Assembly (NCBI GenBank): GCA_023136205.1 | Contig: JAGLRQ010000097.1 | Location: 1-13,779 of the forward strand | Direction: 5' to 3' | DNA length: 13,779 bases | Source: Candidatus Auribacterota bacterium | Lineage (GTDB): Bacteria; Auribacterota; UBA6266 | Shown here: positions 7,582 through 13,779 of the stretch, in pieces | How the letters are laid out: every line of letters begins with the position of its first letter | Numbering within the stretch: the stretch's first letter is position 1 | Position numbers and translations under genes: made by a program | Notes under the pieces: model-generated | What the model was told of the DNA's origin: nothing | Seen by the model: the letters and a program-made list of their open reading frames with translations, nothing else | Database searches by the model: none

Positions 7582-7851
7582 ATGAAAGTTATCGTAAGGA
7601 CATTTAAGTTTACCTGCCTGTTCGGCAGGCAGGTTGGTTCGATACCCGGGTTTTGTTTAATAAGTTTAATCCGGCTTTATCAAAAAATATTTTTTTTCCT
7701 TCCCCGAAGATGCAGATTTTATCCCTCATGTTCTGAATATATGATTGAGGCGGTTCAAAAAAAGGGAGTTATAAAAGGTTTTCTCCTTGGCTGCTGGAGA
7801 ATCTTGAGATGTAACCCTTTTTGTTCCGGAGGATATGATCCGGTTAAATAA
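7582..7851 (+). CDS. yidD: Membrane protein insertion efficiency factor YidD
   Basis: [60 protein letters not shown] matches the YidD signature (YQ...CRFxPSCSxY...RCxPxxxGGxDPV). ATG 7582 is the only canonical in-frame start. No SD is visible. Confidence 0.85.
   Translation: MKVIVRTFKFTCLFGRQVGSIPGFCLISLIRLYQKIFFFLPRRCRFYPSCSEYMIEAVQKKGVIKGFLLGCWRILRCNPFCSGGYDPVK
7612..7634. other. Perfect 9-bp GC-rich inverted repeat/hairpin (ACCTGCCTG-TTCGG-CAGGCAGGT) inside codons 11-18 of yidD
   Basis: I checked the base pairing position by position: 7612-7620 pairs with 7634-7626, leaving a 5-nt loop. No U-tract follows, so it is not a canonical intrinsic terminator. Its function is unknown. Confidence 0.5.
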
Positions 7852-7890
7852 AAAGGTTGCTGAAGATCCAAAAGAGAAGCAAATAAAATT

Positions 7891-8709
7891 ATGGAATATT
7901 TATTACTTTTTTTAATCGGAATAATTGCGGGGTTTTTTTCAGGAACTTTTGGAGTTGGCGGCGGTTTTATAGTTGTCCCCATGCTTTACGCGGTTATGGG
8001 ACTTCCTCCTGAAGTTGTTGTGAGTACCAGCGCTTTCCAGATGGTAGGGACATCATTTTCAGGGGCAATAACACATGTCTTTAATAAAAACATTAAATAC
8101 AAAGCGGTTTTTTATCTGACTCTTCCGGCTCTTGTCAGTTCTTATTTTGGTGTATATTTAACAAAGTTTCTTGCACAGGATGAAAAGATAGCTTTTAACA
8201 ACATCGGCATTTCTCAGTCAGATGTTGTTTTGACAAGTATTTTAGTTGTTCTTTTTTTATCAATGGGTGTTTTTTCAATAACACAGGCAAAAAGAACGCT
8301 TCCCGGAATTAACGCGGCTTCAGGGAAGAAAAAGCATGCCGGTGTTATATATTATGCAGCAGTGGGCCTGCTTGCGGGTTTTTGCCCGGCGATGCTTGGG
8401 CTCGGAGGAGGATTTATTATGGTTCCTTTTCTGATGTATTTTGTTGGGTTTACGCCGGTTCAATCTGCCGCGGCTTCGCTGGGACAGATATTTTTTATTT
8501 CGGCAGCTTCAACTTTTTTCTATTTTCAGGCCGGACAGTTTCATCCGTACTATGTTGCGGCTATACTTTTCGGTTCGATTCCGGCAGCATCGTTTTTCGC
8601 CCATCGTTCTAAAAAGTATAGTCCTGAAAAGGTTAAAGTGGGTTTTGGTATATTGTGCTTGCTGGCGATGCTAATTCAAATTGCCGGATTTGTGAAAAAG
8701 CTGTTTTAG
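7891..8709 (+). CDS. TauE/SafE (TSUP, DUF81) family anion-exporter-type membrane protein
   Basis: It is polytopic and hydrophobic. It has the duplicated motif GIIAGFFSGTFGVGGGFIVVPML / GLLAGFCPAMLGLGGGFIMVPFL that is characteristic of TSUP/TauE proteins. Confidence 0.85.
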   Translation: MEYLLLFLIGIIAGFFSGTFGVGGGFIVVPMLYAVMGLPPEVVVSTSAFQMVGTSFSGAITHVFNKNIKYKAVFYLTLPALVSSYFGVYLTKFLAQDEKIAFNNIGISQSDVVLTSILVVLFLSMGVFSITQAKRTLPGINAASGKKKHAGVIYYAAVGLLAGFCPAMLGLGGGFIMVPFLMYFVGFTPVQSAAASLGQIFFISAASTFFYFQAGQFHPYYVAAILFGSIPAASFFAHRSKKYSPEKVKVGFGILCLLAMLIQIAGFVKKLF

Positions 8710-8802
8710 GTTAGGGCCCGTATAAGAAAATTCAAACAGGAAGTTTTTGTTCCAGAAATCCAGATTTAAAAATTTTGATCTAAGAGTTAAAATATGTTTT
8801 AA

Positions 8803-8834
8803 TTGTTAACTATATATATAATAGTAGTTGACAA
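8803..8834. promoter_or_regulatory. Candidate BirA operator (bioO) overlapping promoter elements of the bio operon
   Basis: The imperfect inverted repeat is TTGTTAAC (8803-8810), a 16-nt spacer, then GTTGACAA (8827-8834), with one mismatch. This matches the TGT(A/T)AAC-N14-16-GTT(A/T)ACA architecture known for BirA sites. The spacer contains TATAAT (8817-8822) and the right half contains TTGACA (8828-8833). The site lies 10 nt upstream of bioB. Confidence 0.5.
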
Positions 8835-8843
8835 TAGGGTGCG

Positions 8844-9845
8844 ATGAAACGATGGGGGTATATGGAAAAATATTTTTGTTTAGAGCTGGCAGAAGGGGTT
8901 GTTAAAGGCAAAAAGGTAACTTTAGAAGAAATTGGGATGCTTTTAGAAACAGCCGAAGATAATATAATGCTGCTTTTTTCGGGAGCCGATATGATTCGGC
9001 GGCACTTCCTTGGAGACAAAGTTGATGTATGCTCGGTTATAAATGCTAAAAGCGGGTTGTGCGCTGAAGATTGTAGTTATTGCGCGCAATCTTCCATGTA
9101 TGACACAAAAATAAGCCCCTTCCCTTATATAGGAAGAAACAAGATATTTGATGTGATAGAAAAGATTGTCAATTGTGGAGTTAGAAAAGCAGGTATTGTT
9201 ACCAGTGGAGGAAAGATTTCCAAGAGCATTGTCTCTGATATTTGTGACGCGGTAAGGGAGGCAAAAAATAAATACGGGATAAAAATCTGCGTGTCTCTCG
9301 GGATGCTTGATAAGGACTCACTGTTTCTTTTGAAAGAAGCCGGTGTTGATTCTTACCATCATAACCTTGAGACATCCAAAAGGTTTTTTCCTAAAATCTG
9401 TTCTACGCACACTTATCAGGATAAGGTTGATACTGTTAAAAACGCGAATAACATAGGGCTGAAAGTGTGCTGCGGAGCACTATTTGGGCTCGGGGAGGAT
9501 ATGGGCGACCGCGTAAATCTGGCGTTTTGTATCCGCAAACTTGAAATAAAGTCAATACCTCTAAATTTTTTAGACCCGATAAGAGGAACATGTTTTGAGA
9601 ACAAAAAATTAATTTCTCCAATGGAAGCCCTCAAGACGATAGCTATGTTCCGGTATATTAATCCTGAATCACATATCAAAGTATGCGGCGGAAGAGAAGT
9701 AAATCTGAAAGATTTGCAGGGGATGATTTTTTTCGCGGGGGCTTCAGGGTTAATGACTGGAAATTATCTTACAACAAGCGGCAGAGGTATAGATTTGGAT
9801 TTTCAAATGCTCGAGGATTTAAATCTTAAGGCGGACTGGTCTTAA
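8844..9845 (+). CDS. bioB: Biotin synthase (radical SAM)
   Basis: CAEDCSYCAQS is the CxxxCxxC radical-SAM cluster motif in the BioB context (INAKSGLCAEDCSYCAQS). Downstream are GIVTSGG, YHHNLETS and GALFGLGE. An alternative in-frame start is ATG 8862, and neither start has a well-spaced SD. Confidence 0.93.
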   Translation: MKRWGYMEKYFCLELAEGVVKGKKVTLEEIGMLLETAEDNIMLLFSGADMIRRHFLGDKVDVCSVINAKSGLCAEDCSYCAQSSMYDTKISPFPYIGRNKIFDVIEKIVNCGVRKAGIVTSGGKISKSIVSDICDAVREAKNKYGIKICVSLGMLDKDSLFLLKEAGVDSYHHNLETSKRFFPKICSTHTYQDKVDTVKNANNIGLKVCCGALFGLGEDMGDRVNLAFCIRKLEIKSIPLNFLDPIRGTCFENKKLISPMEALKTIAMFRYINPESHIKVCGGREVNLKDLQGMIFFAGASGLMTGNYLTTSGRGIDLDFQMLEDLNLKADWS

Positions 9846-11030
9846 ATGAGAAAGAACCGCGAAAAAATAATCAATGATGAGCTATCAGCTTTGAACGCGA
9901 AATTTCTTCTAAGATTTACCAGAGAGGTTGAAAATTTACGCGGTAAGAGTATTACGGTTGACGGAAGGCAATATTTCAATCTCGCGTCTAATGATTATCT
10001 TAATCTGTCGAATGATACGGAATTAATTAATGCTGTCCGTGAGGGTGCTTCTGAGTATGGTGTTGGTTCCGGCGGATCCCGGCTTATTTGCGGCACTCAT
10101 GGTGTTCATGCCGCGGTGGAAGAGAAAATAGCCGGAATGAAGAAAACTGAAAGAGGCGTTTTGTTTAACTCAGGATACAACGCGAATCTTGGAATAATTT
10201 CCGCGGTTCTTGATTCAAATAGCCTGGCATTATGTGACCGGTTAAATCACGCGAGCATAATTGACGGAGTAAAGTTATCGGGCGCGAAATTGGTTAGATA
10301 CCGTCATTGCGATTGTGAAGACCTGGAAGTGAAACTTGAACAATACCGTGGAAAATTTAAAAAAGCGATGATTATAACAGACTCTATTTTTAGCATGGAT
10401 GGAGATAGAGCTCCTCTTGATGAAATTTGCGGCCTTTCAGAGAAGTACGATACTTTTTTATTAGTAGATGAAGCGCACGCGACAGGTGTTTTTGGAGCGA
10501 ATGGAGGAGGGCTTTCGGAAGAAATGAATTTGGCTGAAAGAATAGATTTTAATATGGGAACGTTTAGCAAAGCCGCCGGGATTTTCGGGGCATATGTTGG
10601 GCTTACAAGGGAGAAAAAGAAATTCCTTATAAATAAGGCCCGGCCTTTTATTTATACGACAGCATTGCCCCCGGCTCTGGTTTATGGAATTATCCGCTGT
10701 ATTGAAATAATGCAAAACAGAAAAGAAGAAAGGATAAATCTATTAAAAAACGCGGGGACTTTAAGGGGAAAACTTCTGAGCGCGGGCTTTAATCTGTCAA
10801 ACAGTTCGTCCCAAATTATACCGCTTGTTGTGGGCCACGAACAAAAGACGACACATTTTGCCGAATATCTCAGGAGGGAAGGAGTTTTTGCTGTTGCTAT
10901 ACGGCCTCCTACCGTTCCGCCGGGAACTTCGAGAATCCGTTTGTCTTTAACTTCCGCTTTGTCCAGGAAAGATACGCGGATTATATCAGAAATCATAATA
11001 TCCGCGGGTAAAAGTTTAAATATTATATGA
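9846..11030 (+). CDS. bioF: 8-amino-7-oxononanoate synthase
   Basis: The start follows the bioB stop directly (TAAATG). It is a PLP-dependent alpha-oxoamine synthase, with motifs SNDYLNL, GSGGSRLICG, LLVDEAHATGVFG, GTFSKAAG (PLP lysine) and IRPPTVPPGTSRIRLSL. Confidence 0.95.
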   Translation: MRKNREKIINDELSALNAKFLLRFTREVENLRGKSITVDGRQYFNLASNDYLNLSNDTELINAVREGASEYGVGSGGSRLICGTHGVHAAVEEKIAGMKKTERGVLFNSGYNANLGIISAVLDSNSLALCDRLNHASIIDGVKLSGAKLVRYRHCDCEDLEVKLEQYRGKFKKAMIITDSIFSMDGDRAPLDEICGLSEKYDTFLLVDEAHATGVFGANGGGLSEEMNLAERIDFNMGTFSKAAGIFGAYVGLTREKKKFLINKARPFIYTTALPPALVYGIIRCIEIMQNRKEERINLLKNAGTLRGKLLSAGFNLSNSSSQIIPLVVGHEQKTTHFAEYLRREGVFAVAIRPPTVPPGTSRIRLSLTSALSRKDTRIISEIIISAGKSLNII

Positions 11031-11045
11031 GTGAAGAGGTTTTTA

Positions 11046-11846
11046 ATGATTAATAAGGCATTTGTACAAAAGCATTTTGACCGGAGTGTTTCTCAGTACG
11101 ACAAGGGAGCCGGATTGCACAGGTTTATAGCTGATAAACTTTTAGCAATGGCAAGCCTGAACGGACACAAAAAGAATATTTTAGAAATCGGGTGTGGAAC
11201 CGGATATCTTACCTCTATGATTTGTTCGGGATGGAATCCTGAAAATCTTACAGCGGTAGATATTTCTAATAATATGATTGAGAGTACAAAAGAAAGATGT
11301 CTTTTTCATGATAATATTGAGTTTATAAGAAAGGATGGCGAGCGGCTGTCTTTTGAGGATGGAAGAAAGTTTGACCTTGTTGTATCCTCTTCAACATTTC
11401 AGTGGTTTAATGATATTTATTCGTCTTTTAAGCACTATCATTCAATGATTGAGGATGGAGGAGAATTTCTGTTTTCAATGTTTGTTGAAGATACGTTTTG
11501 CGAACTTTTTCAAGCTTTTGAGAAGGCCTGTGTTATAAACAAAAGACCCGCGATGAAACCCGGACAAAAACTTTTTGGTGTGGGAAAAGTCCGCGAATTT
11601 TTAAGGGCCGCGGGCTTTAAAGAAAAAGATTCTTTTTTTGAAAAACATGTTGTTACCTTTTCGTCTTTTGATGATTTGCGTGAGAAAATAAAAAAAATGG
11701 GTTTTTCTAATTCAAATGAAGATATTGGCTATATTTCGAAAAGAGTAGCGTTTGACTTAAAGAAGATTTACGCGGCTGAATTTTGTAATGATAAAAAGGA
11801 AATTCAGGCAACATATTCGGTTTTTTATTACATAGGTAAAAAATGA
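11046..11846 (+). CDS. bioC: Malonyl-[acyl-carrier protein] O-methyltransferase
   Basis: GAAGAGG at 11033-11039 lies 6 nt before ATG 11046; the ORF-track GTG 11031 is less likely. MINKAFVQKHFDRSVSQYDKGAGLHRFIADKLLAM parallels the E. coli BioC N-terminus. The SAM motif is ILEIGCGTGYLT, and STFQWFND parallels BioC LAVQWCGN. Confidence 0.85.
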   Translation: MINKAFVQKHFDRSVSQYDKGAGLHRFIADKLLAMASLNGHKKNILEIGCGTGYLTSMICSGWNPENLTAVDISNNMIESTKERCLFHDNIEFIRKDGERLSFEDGRKFDLVVSSSTFQWFNDIYSSFKHYHSMIEDGGEFLFSMFVEDTFCELFQAFEKACVINKRPAMKPGQKLFGVGKVREFLRAAGFKEKDSFFEKHVVTFSSFDDLREKIKKMGFSNSNEDIGYISKRVAFDLKKIYAAEFCNDKKEIQATYSVFYYIGKK

Positions 11847-12544
11847 ATGTTTCGCCAATTTTTATAACCGCCACAGGGACTGGAGTAGGCAAAACAGTAG
11901 TTTCTTCTGTTATTCTCGCGCTCGCGAGAAAAAGGGGGCATAACCCCGTTATAATGAAACCAATTGAAACAGACACGGATGGAGAATGTTCAAAAGACAT
12001 TTCTTTTTGTTATACAGCCGCGGGAATGAAGAATAGGGCAGAGCTTAAAGAAACAGCTCCATTTTTATTTAAACTGGGGGCTTCTCCCCATCTCGCGGGC
12101 AGAGAGGAGGGGGTAGTAATAGATAGAGAGAAAATTATAGATAGTTATAATAATCTCAAAAATAAATTTTCTCCGGTAATTGTGGAAGGGGCGGGAGGGC
12201 TTTTGGTTCCCATAACAGAAAATTATCTCTACGCGGATTTAATAAAAGATATGGCAATTGAAATTATTATTGTCTCGAATATTGAACTTGGCACCATAAA
12301 TCACACACTGCTTACGGTAGAGTGCGCGAAAAAGAGAGGCATGGGAATAAAAGGAATTATTTTTAACAATGTTCCTGAAATATTAACAGATATACATCGG
12401 GATAATATGAGAATAATTCCTCTTCTAAGCGGAGTAAAGGTGTTGGGGGTTATTCCTCATATTCACGGCCTCAACACGGGAAAGGAGCTTCCGGGAGATT
12501 TCGGGGAAGTCGTTTCCAGTATAAGCCTGGAGAAATTATTATGA
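11843..12544 (+). CDS. bioD: ATP-dependent dethiobiotin synthetase
   Basis: ATGA overlap with the bioC stop. IFITATGTGVGKTVVS is the P-loop. KPIETD, VIVEGAGGLLVPI and GTINHTLLT are typical BioD motifs. Confidence 0.95.
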   Translation: MNVSPIFITATGTGVGKTVVSSVILALARKRGHNPVIMKPIETDTDGECSKDISFCYTAAGMKNRAELKETAPFLFKLGASPHLAGREEGVVIDREKIIDSYNNLKNKFSPVIVEGAGGLLVPITENYLYADLIKDMAIEIIIVSNIELGTINHTLLTVECAKKRGMGIKGIIFNNVPEILTDIHRDNMRIIPLLSGVKVLGVIPHIHGLNTGKELPGDFGEVVSSISLEKLL

Positions 12545-13779
12545 ATTATGAAAAACTTGCTGAAGTTGACAAAAAACATATCTGGCACCCCTTTACTCAA
12601 ATGTCACAGTGGGCGCGGTCTGAAGAACTTATTATTGAATCAGGCAATGGGATTTATCTTACAGATGTAAATGGGAAGAAATACATAGATGGGATTTCTT
12701 CTTTGTGGGTTAATGTCTTTGGACATAGAAAGAAAGAAATAGATGACGCGATAAAATCTCAGATTGATAAAATTTCCCACTCAACCATGCTTGGACAATC
12801 CAGTGTTCCGGTAATTGAGCTTGCCGAGGAACTTACAACTATACTTCCTGAAGAACTTTCAAAATACTTTTTTTCAGACGATGGTTCGACTGCCTGTGAG
12901 GCGGCTTTGAAGATATGTTATCAATTTCACCGGCAGAAAAAAGTTCCAGAACCTCAAAGGAAAATTTTTGTTAAATTCAGCGGCGGTTATCACGGGGATA
13001 CTATAGGGTCGGTAAGCGTAGGAGGAATTGAGCTTTTTCACAATATATATTCAGAGCTTTTGTTTGATACAATAACAGTACATTATCCTTATTGTTACAG
13101 GTGTCCGCATCATAAAAGGCAGGATACATGTGGGATGTATTGCCTTCGGCGGGCTCGGGATATTATTTCGCGAAATTGTAAAAATATTGCCGGTTTAATT
13201 GTTGAGCCCCTGGTCCAGGGAGCTGCCGGTATGATTATGATGCCTGAGGGTTTTCTCTCAGGCATAAGAGATATTACAAAAAAATGTGATATTCCCATGA
13301 TTGCTGATGAAGTAGCTACCGGTTTTGGAAGAACCGGAAAACTTTTTGCCTGTCAGCATGAAAATGTTGTTCCGGATATTATGGTTCTCGCGAAAGGCAT
13401 TACAGGAGGATACCTCCCTTTTGCTGTTACAGCGGTGAATAAAACAATATATAATGGTTTCCTTGGGAGGCCTGAGGAAAATAAAACTTTCTTTCATGGC
13501 CATACTTATACAGGTAATCAACTTGCTTCAATTGCCGCTCGTGAAACTATCCGACTAATAAAGAGAGAAAATATTATAGAAAAAATGGAATCTAAAGTTG
13601 CTTTTTTGGAAGATTCATTGAAAAAATTCTATGGGCTGGCGCATGTTGGAGATATAAGACAAAAAGGATTTATGATTGGAATAGAGCTTGTTAAAGATAA
13701 AAAAGGCAAGATTCCTTATCCCCCAGAGTCAAGAGTTGCCGTTAAAACAATATTAAAAGCCAGGGAAAAAGGGCTTATC
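12541..13779 (+). CDS. bioA: Adenosylmethionine-8-amino-7-oxononanoate aminotransferase; 3'-truncated by the window edge and absent from the supplied ORF track because it has no stop
   Basis: ATGA overlap with the bioD stop. My manual translation gives 413 codons with no stop through nt 13779. It reads MNYEKLAEVDKKHIWHPFTQM...SSLWVNVFGH...GGYHGDTIGSVSVGG...IVEPLVQGAAGMIMMP...IADEVATGFGRTGKLFA...LAKGITGGYLP (PLP lysine)...FHGHTYTGN, which are classic BioA motifs. Confidence 0.95.
   Translation, partial: MNYEKLAEVDKKHIWHPFTQMSQWARSEELIIESGNGIYLTDVNGKKYIDGISSLWVNVFGHRKKEIDDAIKSQIDKISHSTMLGQSSVPVIELAEELTTILPEELSKYFFSDDGSTACEAALKICYQFHRQKKVPEPQRKIFVKFSGGYHGDTIGSVSVGGIELFHNIYSELLFDTITVHYPYCYRCPHHKRQDTCGMYCLRRARDIISRNCKNIAGLIVEPLVQGAAGMIMMPEGFLSGIRDITKKCDIPMIADEVATGFGRTGKLFACQHENVVPDIMVLAKGITGGYLPFAVTAVNKTIYNGFLGRPEENKTFFHGHTYTGNQLASIAARETIRLIKRENIIEKMESKVAFLEDSLKKFYGLAHVGDIRQKGFMIGIELVKDKKGKIPYPPESRVAVKTILKAREKGLI

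Noticed and set aside
7636-7647. GGTTCGATACCC, which resembles a tRNA T-loop (GGTTCGAATCC), lies next to a hairpin. This raised the possibility of a tRNA or tRNA-like element.
   Set aside because: Flanking bases do not form a T-stem, and no acceptor, D or anticodon arms can be drawn. The adjacent hairpin has a 9-bp stem and 5-nt loop, unlike any tRNA arm. The region lies in frame within yidD.
8739-8753. A possible intrinsic terminator after the TSUP permease gene (GGAA-GTTTTTG-TTCC).
   Set aside because: It has only a 4-bp stem and no following U-tract, so it is too weak to call.
1-13779. I looked for CRISPR repeats, transposase/integrase genes, terminal inverted repeats, prophage genes, toxin-antitoxin pairs, alternative genetic code use, and known defence-system hallmarks.
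   Set aside because: None was seen. There are no periodic direct repeats and no recombinase-like ORFs. Composition looks uniform by eye. TGA is used as a genuine stop in several well-recognised genes (purN, bioC, bioD, apbE).

Overview
AT-rich (roughly 40% GC by eye), almost fully coding 13.8-kb window from a diderm (Gram-negative-type) bacterium. It uses the standard genetic code, since TGA, TAA and TAG all terminate recognisable genes. Gene order: 3' end of pal; a secreted coiled-coil/LysM protein; purN; then on the minus strand a MurC/Mpl-like Mur ligase co-transcribed with a small secreted protein of unknown function. A tight plus-strand array follows: a TIGR00725/LOG-like protein, a split Zn-ribbon protein, a TonB-like protein, exbB, exbD, apbE, yidD and a TauE/TSUP permease. 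The window ends with a colinear biotin operon, bioB-bioF-bioC-bioD-bioA. bioA runs off the window end, so it is missing from the supplied ORF track. The operon is preceded by a BirA-operator-like inverted repeat. I found no rRNA/tRNA genes, CRISPR array, transposase/integrase, phage genes or recognisable defence genes, and no non-coding gap exceeds about 160 nt. My honest reading is that this is mostly ordinary core-genome sequence and I cannot point to a convincing new system. The items most worth a second look are gene-neighbourhood oddities: the LOG-like and Zn-ribbon genes coupled to a TonB-ExbBD motor with ApbE/YidD/TSUP; a LysM protein in the CpoB position after pal; and a MurC-like ligase coupled to a secreted unknown. 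All functional calls rest on motif recognition by eye, and no database search was run.
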